Shown piece by piece: positions 29,601 through 37,811 of a DNA stretch of 64,000 bases. The position numbers and the translations under genes are program-made. The notes beneath the pieces were generated by a model. It made no database searches, was not told the DNA's origin, and saw only the letters and a list, made by a program, of their open reading frames with translations. Numbering within the stretch: the first letter of the stretch is position 1; the number at the start of each line of letters is the position of its first letter. The stretch is from a virus, in IMG/VR virus record IMGVR_UViG_3300008108_000016, positions 64,001 to 128,000 of that record. One strand, given 5' to 3'.

Positions 29601-31115
29601 AGATGGTATAGTAAAGGGGTCTTCATTATAAACACCACCTGCAACTCTTACGGTATATGTATTTGCCGATGTCGCTCCTGTAATACTATTTATCGCATCT
29701 TTTATTGAATTAAAATCAACTCCAGTACTCCCTGTTAACGCAACGGTAATCGTGTTATTAGTTATCAACAAAGAATTAATACTACTCAATTCAACATCAC
29801 CTGTTGTTGAATTTCTAACTAAAACAGATGTTTCATTATTATTTGTTGTCGGTGTTGTTGATATATTTAGAGTATTTGCGGTCAAGACATTTGTTAATGT
29901 TTGACCTGTAACACTAAAATCACCATTAACCGTAAGTCCTGTCACATCATTAATAGTTGCGGTTAAAGTATTCCCTGAATTATCAGTTAATGTAAAAGTA
30001 TTATCATTGTAGGTAAAACCAGTTGTGAATTTATCGTTATCTGTAATACCCGTTGTTGATATTGTGAAATTAGGATATGTTCCTGTAACTGAAATGTATT
30101 GTCCGTCATTTAATGTAACAATTTGATCTGGATCAGTATTTGTTATTGTAAAATTAGGATATGTCCCACCCGTTAATATTCCTGTTCCTCCTGATATTGT
30201 AACAACTTGATCAGGGTCAGTATTTATGATATTTATGTTTCCTGTGGTTGTGTTTGCTGATAATCCTGTTCCTGTTGTTAATGAATTAACATAACTTGTT
30301 TCACCTGTATAAAATCCTGTTACATTAAATGTTCCTCCTGTATTATTTGTAAACGTTGCAGATCCATTTGAATACGTACCTCCTGTAACAAAAACATCAA
30401 TCGGTAAATTTAAATAAGTTGATGCGGAAATTGTATTTGCGGTTAAATTATTAGTGGTTGTATTTCCGGTCACATTTAAATTACCATTAATTGTTAAACC
30501 ACTAAAATCATTAATTGTTACCGAAAAATTAGTATTATTATTATTATTAGATATTGTTAATACGTTATTTGAATATGTGTATGCGGTTATAAAGGTGTTT
30601 GCATCTCCGGTTAAAGACGTTAAGTCTAAAGTGTACGCCGATAAAATATCATTTCTATCAAAATATGCAAATCCATTTGAATACGTTGCTCCCGTTGTAA
30701 ATGTATTTGGTATCCCCGTTAAATTTGATCCATCACCATATAATGTTCCTCCACTAATTATTGGTGAATATATTGTATTTGCGGTAAGACCATTTAGAAA
30801 AATTGTTGATCCCGATACTGTTCCACCAGTAAAAGTTCCTCCACCACCTCCTGTATTGAAAATAGACCAATCGGATAATGTTCCGTTCCATGGAGAAGGG
30901 TTCAGTTTATAATAATCTGTTCCACCTGAAACACCAACAACCATTCCCGCTCTTCTACGAAGATCTGGTATGTTATTTAAATCGGAAAGTAAATCAACAT
31001 TTCGGAATCCATCAATACCATATAATGGATCAATAACGGGATACTGATCCGTAGGTTCTGATGGTGAAATAAAACCAAAAACCTCAACACCTCCTGATAA
31101 ACTAAAACTCATCAT
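23604..31115 (-). CDS. Giant tail fibre/adhesin, 2503 aa
   Basis: Repeated DVFVTGGTYS...FTNNTGGTF modules, two DFxSIKxA beta-helix-like starts, and about 20 YadA-head-like 14-aa repeats (SHSEGxxTxSxG). Confidence 0.8.
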   Translation of the reverse strand: MMSFSLSGGVEVFGFISPSEPTDQYPVIDPLYGIDGFRNVDLLSDLNNIPDLRRRAGMVVGVSGGTDYYKLNPSPWNGTLSDWSIFNTGGGGGTFTGGTVSGSTIFLNGLTANTIYSPIISGGTLYGDGSNLTGIPNTFTTGATYSNGFAYFDRNDILSAYTLDLTSLTGDANTFITAYTYSNNVLTISNNNNNTNFSVTINDFSGLTINGNLNVTGNTTTNNLTANTISASTYLNLPIDVFVTGGTYSNGSATFTNNTGGTFNVTGFYTGETSYVNSLTTGTGLSANTTTGNINIINTDPDQVVTISGGTGILTGGTYPNFTITNTDPDQIVTLNDGQYISVTGTYPNFTISTTGITDNDKFTTGFTYNDNTFTLTDNSGNTLTATINDVTGLTVNGDFSVTGQTLTNVLTANTLNISTTPTTNNNETSVLVRNSTTGDVELSSINSLLITNNTITVALTGSTGVDFNSIKDAINSITGATSANTYTVRVAGGVYNEDPFTIPSYAAIKGDTSISTVIQANDPSQTLIHLSDQSGIFDFQIQGCTGTGVSAIVYSSSTTPQSAAISYVENVRFGANYTHAKVVAYGGANIIMQCSNVKYGGYPFTIGFYSTNSGSGIGRMQLRNVTSTNGGIVTTSGLVFAKADAPSCGFIVNGCLLTKAAGAAAGTGFYVENGGFLRLTAVNFQRWAIGIDAPQIGSAPSIDAIALNFENNTIDVNIAHSGATGKVQGTDNFLKTIINQNAPLYEVNQDPKEITVAKKGGDFSSIKSAVDYLISSGNTSINNRYVISVDPGEFYENEIDLTQTPYVSIVGSNIQTTQILPNTNTQHIIKIGINNEISFLSLSGAPSGYAGIYCYDVGDFAQAHKISMYDCDTNIWIESDTQDTKFYGEYIDYNGEYTYGTKVIGNNGYLALANMENYFNFPTGGNITYCNYATGSGATLSIFVGDNQSNGVSGSTAYYVQDGAGLYCSTITVDGFTYGIRNPNVGLPIRFDVDNASFVSGEWDLYVERIGTFGTFGGSSNHEKVFTVSDDVYWAFLDIEDGEFGITRKASVTFTDGSHTDFTTLIFEGSTMGLLSGGSISVISGFTVQADSGFGYLEKSDNSGIVRRIDWVNNLITLSANTDNYIYINENTNLVSSGTKPITSYNILLGRVVTNSTGVEFIDLSPLNAEHTSNRFDSLFTEALGPIFANGSIVTEGTTPFTLDVTQGDYHFSSNEFLPTGGTGLTFTQYYRNGTGSTWVTTATTLVNNTQYDFNGTLTGLTTGYFTKHTLYTVGEGSYENYFLVLGQNEYSTLVQTENALLPTPPTYFTDGVVQIANIYVQEGTSGITQIEDIRPTIAFRAGGVNASSVHGNLLGLTADDHTQYLLVSGARAMSGNLDMGTNNIVSAGTINGVTIQSHATRHQFGGLDPVGSTTPSANAIPYADVSGTLNDWISTASTTTFGKVKTSSSSTTVVSDNDNRFLNSFTGGTYSGGTLSLSTVSGGSYNITGFSAGNTDVFVTGSTYSNNTFTFTNNTGGTFNVLFNTVTGLTDNGDLTVTGNTVLGGRLVNLGGTTVTDPQYRTSLGGSNISPRATFGVESVGATNQRYIFDPVNQNGLVFAVANNGSTYIARAAIKVGNTNNTISQESGDLQFFTLTGSSFSEKMIITAVGNVGINTSTPSVRLEVNGKTKTTNFQMTSGATNGYVLTSDSLGNSYWGLQSSFTGGTVTGSTIFTNGLSATTISATTYQNLPVDVFVTGGTYSSGSATFTNNTGGTFSVTGLTEPFSGGSGNCITDLYVTNVYGCSPITIHDSIQSPTSYVSGITSFAFGNAVSATTNYSFAQGDYTTSSGSYSHAEGGATTSSGNYSHAEGNGTTSSGYGSHSEGIATLSSGNYSHAEGESTISSGRSSHSEGYQTTSTGNYSHSEGQQTTSSGIYSHSEGKQTNSSGGWSHSEGNQTISSGIYSHSEGQQTISIGDWSHSEGSETISRGNWSHSEGSETISAGKNSHSEGDSTISGAFGYLVKFLSGFTQFDPSIGDITSYFGNYVVLDDYISNSIYGYYEVSGVTFNGSETDLQLMDTSFNSTVILSFPNVRTPFKSDINTGHFSHSEGLSGITHGLWSHSEGNDTRSIGLWSHAEGKETISWGNGSHSEGISTNAFGDYSHSEGIGTVTSGDYQHAQGLWNTTGDTTQGAFIVGNGTNNSNRSNLIFAAGNQVNISGKTITTNFQMTSGGTNGYVLTSDANGNASWQPSSGGSTFTGGTVTGPTVFTNGLTANTVSATTYQNLPIDVFVTGGTYSSGIATFTNNTGGTFTVTGFTTGGTSGTDVFVTGSTYSNNTFTFTNNTGGTFNVLFNTVTGLTSTGTISSSVLSATTYQNLPTDIRVTGGTYSNGTATFTNNTGGTFNVTGFVSADTFVTGVTYSANTLTISRNQGQSNLTATIGLNIKSGTVTAASFIGTPRKYTVTFTNTYPTTNYTIGITGSDNRVFTYESKTTTGFIINTNANAALTGNVDWQTIATGES
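24097..26624. repeat. Near-perfect 98-nt direct repeat pair (24097-24194 and 26527-26624)
   Basis: One mismatch in 98 nt; spacing 2430 nt (810 codons). Confidence 0.9.
24620..25660 (-). repeat. 42-nt (14-aa) YadA-head-like tandem repeats
   Basis: Units such as SHSEGQQTISIGDW, in two blocks split by a non-repeat insert. Confidence 0.85.
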
Positions 31116-31128
31116 AATTTATTAATAT

Positions 31129-31914
31129 TTATCCACACATCCAACAATATACTTGACCACTAAACGAGAAGAATGTTCTATATATATTGTATGTTATTGG
31201 GAATCCGTTTATATCTATAACTATCACAGTTCCGATTAAATTAATCGGAATATAATTACCTGAACAACCTGTTTCACTATCCCTAAATTCATTTGGTTGA
31301 GGAATTGTTTGAGGTATTAATATGTAACCATACCCACTTCCAAATTGGAAATCTACATAAGATTCTCTAGGGTCATTTGTGTTTACAAATGTTAATAATG
31401 ACACATCACCTGATGTTATTGTAGTACCACTAAACTTACCAAAATAAATTCCTGGCGGAGCCGGTAATGGAGTTTTTGTCGGTGTCGGAGTTGCGGTAAC
31501 AGTACATATGAACGTTGATGTTGGTGTAGGTGTCTGTGTTTTTGTTGGTGTAGGTGTTGCCGGAAGAGATTTTGTTGGTGTAGGTGTCGGCGTTAACTTA
31601 CAAGGATCAAAAGTTGGTGTAGGTGTTACAGTCGTTGTTGGCGTAGGTGTTTGAGTCCTTGTAGGAGTAACAGTCGGTGTTGGTGTGGGTGTCGGTCTTG
31701 GTACATTTAAAAAGTACGAACATTTTTGTGAAATAACATAAATTGTGTATGTACCAAAAATTTCAGTTGTTGGTGAAATTGATGAAGAATCAAACGTATA
31801 TGGCAATAGATGATCACCCAAATTATATACATTTTCTTCATTATCGGGCTTAAATATTATGTTGGCAATATTACCATCATAACTAGGGCTACTTATAGTT
31901 ATAAATTGTTCCAT
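31129..31914 (-). CDS. Virion protein with a mucin-like Pro-Thr repeat linker
   Basis: A tract of about 80 aa of [12 protein letters not shown]; TATTTAT at 31925-31931. Confidence 0.7.
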   Translation of the reverse strand: MEQFITISSPSYDGNIANIIFKPDNEENVYNLGDHLLPYTFDSSSISPTTEIFGTYTIYVISQKCSYFLNVPRPTPTPTPTVTPTRTQTPTPTTTVTPTPTFDPCKLTPTPTPTKSLPATPTPTKTQTPTPTSTFICTVTATPTPTKTPLPAPPGIYFGKFSGTTITSGDVSLLTFVNTNDPRESYVDFQFGSGYGYILIPQTIPQPNEFRDSETGCSGNYIPINLIGTVIVIDINGFPITYNIYRTFFSFSGQVYCWMCG

Positions 31915-32008
31915 TGTGTCATTTATAAATACAATGGAATATCTATTTTTTTAATCTAATGTGTTTATACCAAACTCTTTCGTCTATAAATTAAAAAAAT
32001 AAATTTTA

Positions 32009-32815
32009 TCAAAAATAACCAAATTGATCAAACATCCATTTATATCTATTTTTTACCCAGTTGGATGCCTCAATACCTAATACTTCATTGTAATCTTTTT
32101 TAATTGGTTCAATCTTTTGTTTTATTGTATGATCACCATATATACCATATACACTATCATCTTCTGTTGTTATTTGTTCAACATGATCAAAATCGTGACC
32201 GTCATAATAAGGTAAACCCAAATAATTATATATTCTATCCATTTCAGTTTTTGGACTTGAGGTAAAGTCCTCAAATCTAACAAACAACATTTTATTGTTT
32301 AAACCTTCTTTAAAAATTTGATATAACCTTTCTAAAGCTAACCCAACAGGTTGACCTTGAGACCAAATATCAATTCTTTTTTCCGTTGTTGTGCCAGCCA
32401 TTTGAGAATGGTTTACAATTCCGGCATCCAAATGTTGATTTTTTCTGAAGTTTTTTTCCATTGATGCAAAAATTGCTCTTGGATCTCTAACCATACAAAT
32501 TATTTTTGGATTAGGATAAAATGAATTTAAGAAACCGTAATGAACTCCCCATCCTCTACTCTTATCTAAAACATATGGTTTGTCTGTAATCCCGTTATAA
32601 AAACCCTCAAGACCGTTACGACAAAAAGATAAAAAACCATCTTTCATTAAGTTTTGATCTTGGGCTTTAAATTCGGGTGAGTTAGAATAATTTGCTCTTG
32701 CGGCATAAACTAACTCTAATACACCTGAAGTTGGTGTAACATAAAAATCAGGATTTTGTCCCATTACATTTTGTAGTAATGTTGACCCTGCTCTTGGTAA
32801 AGAATGGACACTCAT
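32009..32815 (-). CDS. PAPS-dependent sulfotransferase (N-terminus apparently truncated)
   Basis: SLPRAGSTLL (5'-PSB loop), DKSRGW, MVRDPRAIFAS (3'-PB), VRFEDF. Confidence 0.8.
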   Translation of the reverse strand: MSVHSLPRAGSTLLQNVMGQNPDFYVTPTSGVLELVYAARANYSNSPEFKAQDQNLMKDGFLSFCRNGLEGFYNGITDKPYVLDKSRGWGVHYGFLNSFYPNPKIICMVRDPRAIFASMEKNFRKNQHLDAGIVNHSQMAGTTTEKRIDIWSQGQPVGLALERLYQIFKEGLNNKMLFVRFEDFTSSPKTEMDRIYNYLGLPYYDGHDFDHVEQITTEDDSVYGIYGDHTIKQKIEPIKKDYNEVLGIEASNWVKNRYKWMFDQFGYF

Positions 32816-33632
32816 GTGTCATTCCGTTGAAATTATAATCAAACAGATAACTGTCAGGTAATTTAACATCTGTAGGTAAATCGGCAATAATATTTTTATG
32901 AATATCATAACCAAATAACTTTGGTGATGTTCCCACCCATAAAACGACCGATGGGAGATTTAATGCTGCCGATGCGTGTTGTAAAGAAGAATCAATTAAA
33001 ATTCTTTTTTCTGACATCAACAATAAAGAAAACAATTCCATGTTTGACATTGGGTCTTTAATTACCTCTACATTTTCTAAAGCATTAAATTCATGTCTAC
33101 AAATTTGTATTATGTGATAATATTTTGAATAGTGATTAACCAAATGTTGTGATACAGAAATTGGCATATCTCTTGTCCATGAATAAGGATAAGGTTGGTC
33201 GTTTAAAGGTCCTCCGTTTGTTTGAATAACCATAATTGGTTTTTCTCTTTTCCATCTGTTAAACCCAACTTGTTTTTGCCTTAAATTGAATTTTAATTCA
33301 GGTTGTTCCCCGTTGTACTCCAATCCAAATAATTTACACCAATTTAAAATCAATGGTAATTTTTTATGAATGTGGTCATCCGTAAAATATGGTTCGTGTT
33401 TAAAAATCTTAATATCCTTATCTTTAATAAAATCATCATAAAAATATGGAGTATTACCGATTCTATAAACTCTATCCACAAAATCCAAATTCAAGAATAT
33501 TTCTGGATACGCACAAACAACAATAAGATCCCTATCGGGAAAATTGTTTTTAATACATTTAGCAACTGCGGTTGATGATACGTGTTTTCCTAATCCACCC
33601 TCAAGGTGAAATAATGAATATTTTTTTTCCAT
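32748..33632 (-). CDS. GT9-like glycosyltransferase (C-terminus apparently truncated)
   Basis: GGLGKH, IDSSLQHASAALNLPSVVLW...FGY. Confidence 0.7.
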   Translation of the reverse strand: MEKKYSLFHLEGGLGKHVSSTAVAKCIKNNFPDRDLIVVCAYPEIFLNLDFVDRVYRIGNTPYFYDDFIKDKDIKIFKHEPYFTDDHIHKKLPLILNWCKLFGLEYNGEQPELKFNLRQKQVGFNRWKREKPIMVIQTNGGPLNDQPYPYSWTRDMPISVSQHLVNHYSKYYHIIQICRHEFNALENVEVIKDPMSNMELFSLLLMSEKRILIDSSLQHASAALNLPSVVLWVGTSPKLFGYDIHKNIIADLPTDVKLPDSYLFDYNFNGMTHECPFFTKSRVNITTKCNGTKS

Positions 33633-33652
33633 GATTAAATTATAATTTGATT

Positions 33653-34558
33653 TTAACTATTAGTAAATGAGAGAGCTTTGTTAATTTGATCAATAACCAT
33701 TTGTGGTGTTATTGTCGTATGACATTCATTTTCTCTATTCGTATTTAAAAAAATTGGGCACTTTGATGATATATTTGGGATTATATTAAAACATCCATTA
33801 CAAACATTTTTATTTATAACTCTAAAACAATCAAACTCATTATGTTCTTTTGTAAATCCCGATATCATCACAACAGGAACATCGTACGCCCAAGCAAGCC
33901 AAGAAAGACCTGACGACAATCCAATAAATAATCTTGACTCCAATATATGATTTAATGAAACATTAATATCATCAAATCCGTGGTATCCTTTAACATTCTT
34001 AAGATTTAATGTATTTTCATACGAAACATTATATACCTCAAATCCTGATCTAATAAGTTCATCAACAATAATTTGCCATTTATCTTTATCCCAAGTAGCA
34101 ATTGATTTTAATGATTCCGGAGCAATTGTTATTTTATTATTAATAATTTTTCTTTCTTTTTTAATAAGAGAAGGTTTGATAGGTTTTGTTGATTGTGGGA
34201 TCATCATTGTATCTTTTGTTGCATACATCATGCCACCCAACGTATGAGAAACATCTTCCTTATCATATCCAACAGAAATATGTTTATCAACAATGATTCG
34301 TTTTTTTTGATTTGCATTTATAAATTCATACTTATCATTATTTGATTTTAATAAATGAGGAAAAAATGTTGAAACCAAAACTTTTTTTGGTTTATGATAA
34401 TCAACAAATTGATCCATAAATGATGCAAAACAAATTGTATCACCCAAACAAAAGGAATTGAAATGTAATAGAATTTCTTTATTTTCTAATGTTTTGGTAT
34501 TCTTATCATTTTCAACATAGTCTAACAATTCCGTATTGTCGTAATGTCTTTTAATCAT
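33653..34558 (-). CDS. Aah/TibC-like autotransporter O-heptosyltransferase homologue
   Basis: CLGDTI, FIGLSSGLSWLAW, VVMISGFT..HNEF, and the four-Cys motif VCNGC-x10-C-x11-C. Confidence 0.75.
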   Translation of the reverse strand: MIKRHYDNTELLDYVENDKNTKTLENKEILLHFNSFCLGDTICFASFMDQFVDYHKPKKVLVSTFFPHLLKSNNDKYEFINANQKKRIIVDKHISVGYDKEDVSHTLGGMMYATKDTMMIPQSTKPIKPSLIKKERKIINNKITIAPESLKSIATWDKDKWQIIVDELIRSGFEVYNVSYENTLNLKNVKGYHGFDDINVSLNHILESRLFIGLSSGLSWLAWAYDVPVVMISGFTKEHNEFDCFRVINKNVCNGCFNIIPNISSKCPIFLNTNRENECHTTITPQMVIDQINKALSFTNS

Positions 34559-35295
34559 ACTTTTAATTTTAATATTTTTGAGTAATACTCAAACCAATAT
34601 CTTTCAGTCCATATGGTTCCTTCTTCCAAAGAAACTAATGGTTTTTGTTGCCAAGGCTTTTTAACAATATAATGAAATATTTTAATATACTTTGGAAGTC
34701 CTGTATTATGAAAAACTTGTTTGTTATAAGTTTTTAGGAAATTATATTCTATTGGGAATGATGTTATAATATCTTGAAAATAGTAATTTATGATATCCTG
34801 ATCTAAATGTTCCGTGATACCATAAAGTTTTGTTAAATTGATTAGATCGTTTGTTATTTTTTGATTAAGGTATTTTTTACTTATTACCATAACTCCGGTA
34901 TTATATTGATCAATATATAATTCTCTAATGGCACCGAAAGAACATTGTGAATCAATTAATTTGTCAATATTACCCAATATTAAAGTATCACAATCTAAAA
35001 AAATTATTTTGTCCACATCCTCCATTGAAAAAATCTCATATTTGGTATAATCACCAAATGACATTTGTTTCTTTTTTAATTCCTCAATTTCATAATATTT
35101 TGACAAATCGTAAGTTTTTAACAAAACATTATTGTGTATTTTTCTTGAAGTAATCAAATCATCATGAGTCAAATCGTTACTAATTACAGTGAATGGAATA
35201 TCTTCTTTAATTATTCTTGGGTTATTCTCAATTAGAGATTTTAACATAACCTCAAACCCAATTAGATATTCTTTATTACATACGGTTACAAACAT
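34555..35295 (-). CDS. Glycosyltransferase family 8
   Basis: FLDCDTL, YNTGVMV, DQDIIN, FHYIVKKPW. Confidence 0.85.
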   Translation of the reverse strand: MFVTVCNKEYLIGFEVMLKSLIENNPRIIKEDIPFTVISNDLTHDDLITSRKIHNNVLLKTYDLSKYYEIEELKKKQMSFGDYTKYEIFSMEDVDKIIFLDCDTLILGNIDKLIDSQCSFGAIRELYIDQYNTGVMVISKKYLNQKITNDLINLTKLYGITEHLDQDIINYYFQDIITSFPIEYNFLKTYNKQVFHNTGLPKYIKIFHYIVKKPWQQKPLVSLEEGTIWTERYWFEYYSKILKLKV

Positions 35296-35308
35296 AGATT
35301 AAAGTTTT

Positions 35309-36127
35309 TTACAGGTAATTAAATTTTTCAAAAAACCACAAATAGTTTTGAATAATAATATTACAATTTTTTGAACCTAAAATATTCAAATAATCATCCT
35401 TTAATGGTTTTATTTCTCGTTGTATTTTATGATCACCAAATATTCCATGTATTATATCATTTTCGTGTGTTAGTTGATCAACATTTTTAAAATCATGTTT
35501 ATAGTAAGGGATTTCCAAATACTTGTAGATTTTTTGAATTTCTATTTCTGGGGTTTTACAAAAATCTTCATATCTTATAAATAAAACATTTGAATCTAAT
35601 CTTTGTTGTGTAATATCATACAACCACTCAAGAGCTGGCCCAACGGGAGGTGAAACAGAAAAATGAACCATTCTTGAATCTGTTGTCATGTTTTTTAATT
35701 CCGCACCATTAACAATTAATGGGTCTTTATGTGGATTTTTTCTGTAATTTTTTTCCATTGACGAAAAAATTGATCTTAAATCTCTAACCATAATTATTAC
35801 TTTTGGGTTGGACTCAAAAAAATCTAAAAAACTATAATGTCCTGACCACGCTCTACTTTTATCTAAAACATATGGTCTATCTGTTATTTCATTAAAGAAT
35901 CCCCATAAACCACCTTTACAAAATCCTCTAAAACCTTTTTTCATTGTTTCAGCATCTTGAGCCTTAAACGCATCTCCTGTTGAATATATTGTTCTTGCTT
36001 GTAATAGAAACTCAACCACTCCTGATGTTGGTGTTGAGTAAATGTCCGGATTTTGCATCATAACATTTTGTAATAATGTTGATCCTGCTCTTGGTAATGA
36101 TGCATTAAAGAATATATTTTTAACCAT
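35309..36127 (-). CDS. PAPS-dependent sulfotransferase
   Basis: IFFNASLPRAGSTLL, MVRDLRSIFSS, IRYEDF; paralogue of 32009-32815. Confidence 0.85.
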   Translation of the reverse strand: MVKNIFFNASLPRAGSTLLQNVMMQNPDIYSTPTSGVVEFLLQARTIYSTGDAFKAQDAETMKKGFRGFCKGGLWGFFNEITDRPYVLDKSRAWSGHYSFLDFFESNPKVIIMVRDLRSIFSSMEKNYRKNPHKDPLIVNGAELKNMTTDSRMVHFSVSPPVGPALEWLYDITQQRLDSNVLFIRYEDFCKTPEIEIQKIYKYLEIPYYKHDFKNVDQLTHENDIIHGIFGDHKIQREIKPLKDDYLNILGSKNCNIIIQNYLWFFEKFNYL

Positions 36128-36183
36128 AATGATATCTTTATATCAAAATACTAAAAAAATATTATAAATAAATTGTGTTTTTA

Positions 36184-37791
36184 TTAAACCAACAATATTT
36201 TATAATCAGCACCATTCAATCGGATTGTTAATGTTTTTGTTGACGTACAAGATTCTGTAGTCACCGGCCCAATAGGAGTTCCCGCAGACCCTAAAACAAA
36301 CTGAGAATTTGCCGTTGCTGTCGCTCCATTACCCAATATAACTGAATTTGAGAAATCCCCTGATTGTACATTGTACCCTAATGCCACGTTAGTGTTTCCT
36401 GTTGTATTATATCGTAAAGCGTTTGACCCTAAAGCAACGTTATTGTTTCCTTCTGTGTTTGAATATAATGAGTTTTGTCCTGCCGAAATATTATAATTCC
36501 CTATTGTGTTGTTATATAGAGAGCTATTACCTAATGAAATATTGTTTACACCTATAGTGTTTTGTACCATAACACTTTTACCTATTGCAACATTGTATTG
36601 TCCTGTTGTGTTAGAATATAAAACATCAAAACCTAAACCAATATTGAAAAATCCTGTTTGATTATTTTTTAAAGATCTATATCCTAAACCAATATTATTT
36701 TCACCTGTTGTGTTAGTTCCTAAAGAACACCTACCTAATGAAATGTTATTACATCCTTCTGTGTTTTTTTCTAAAGCACTGAGGCCTAAAGCAATGTTAT
36801 TTGAACCGGAGGTGTTATATATTAAAGCACTTTGACCTAAAGCAACATTATTGTTTCCTATTGTATTGTTAAGTAAAGCACTGTTACCTAAAGCAACATT
36901 ATTTGAACCGGAGGTATTATATTCTAAAGAGGATTCACCTAAAGCAATATTATTATCTCCTATTGAATTAGCTCGTAAAGCGTTTGGACCTAAAGCAATA
37001 TTGCGAAAACCTTCTGTATTATTTTGTAAAGCGTTTGGACCTAAAGCAATATTATAGGTTCCTGTTGTGTTATAAAATAATGATTTGTAACCTTGTGCAA
37101 TATTATTTGATCCTGTTGTATTTTGTTGTAAAGATCCATTACCTAAAGCAATGTTATGATTTCCATAACTATTAAGTGAAAGAGAACCGTCTCCCATACC
37201 TATATTATGAGACCCTGATATATTTGAACTAAGAGAGCTATTACCTAAGGCTATATTTGAATATCCTATGGTATTTAAAAGAAGAGACGATTGACCTATT
37301 GATATGTTATCTACTCCTGATATGTTACTTTGTAAAGCACTTATTCCTATGGCAACGTTACTGGATCCTGAGATATTTGAATATAAAGCAGCGTTACCTA
37401 TTGCAATGTTTTGATATCCTGTTGTATTTGAAAATAATGATTTGTAACCTTGTGCAATATTGTTTGATCCTGTTGTGTTGTTAGATAATGTATTATATCC
37501 AATACCAATATTTGTATTGATATTACCGGCACCAATACCCAACATTAAACTATTAACAGTATTTGCGGTTAATCCTTGCGTAAAAATAGTATCACCAGTA
37601 ACAGTACCACCACTTAATGGTAAAAAGTTATTATCCGATCCTGTAAAACCACTAAGAATATAACTTTGTAATTGGTTTATTTCTATTTTTTTAGTTTCAT
37701 CGGTCGCAATATCAACTATTGGTAATACATCGTTTGATGATACCTCGCCAGATAAAATTTGATTTAATTCGGTTATTTTTGTGATTCCCAT
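36184..37791 (-). CDS. Fibre-like protein with 17-aa Asn/Gly repeats
   Basis: More than 20 units of NTTGxxNIALGxxAL; N-terminal KITELNQ...LPIVD...ETKKI; TATTTAT at 37804-37810. Confidence 0.75.
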   Translation of the reverse strand: MGITKITELNQILSGEVSSNDVLPIVDIATDETKKIEINQLQSYILSGFTGSDNNFLPLSGGTVTGDTIFTQGLTANTVNSLMLGIGAGNINTNIGIGYNTLSNNTTGSNNIAQGYKSLFSNTTGYQNIAIGNAALYSNISGSSNVAIGISALQSNISGVDNISIGQSSLLLNTIGYSNIALGNSSLSSNISGSHNIGMGDGSLSLNSYGNHNIALGNGSLQQNTTGSNNIAQGYKSLFYNTTGTYNIALGPNALQNNTEGFRNIALGPNALRANSIGDNNIALGESSLEYNTSGSNNVALGNSALLNNTIGNNNVALGQSALIYNTSGSNNIALGLSALEKNTEGCNNISLGRCSLGTNTTGENNIGLGYRSLKNNQTGFFNIGLGFDVLYSNTTGQYNVAIGKSVMVQNTIGVNNISLGNSSLYNNTIGNYNISAGQNSLYSNTEGNNNVALGSNALRYNTTGNTNVALGYNVQSGDFSNSVILGNGATATANSQFVLGSAGTPIGPVTTESCTSTKTLTIRLNGADYKILLV

Positions 37792-37811
37792 TGTCTTTTA
37801 TGAATAAATAG

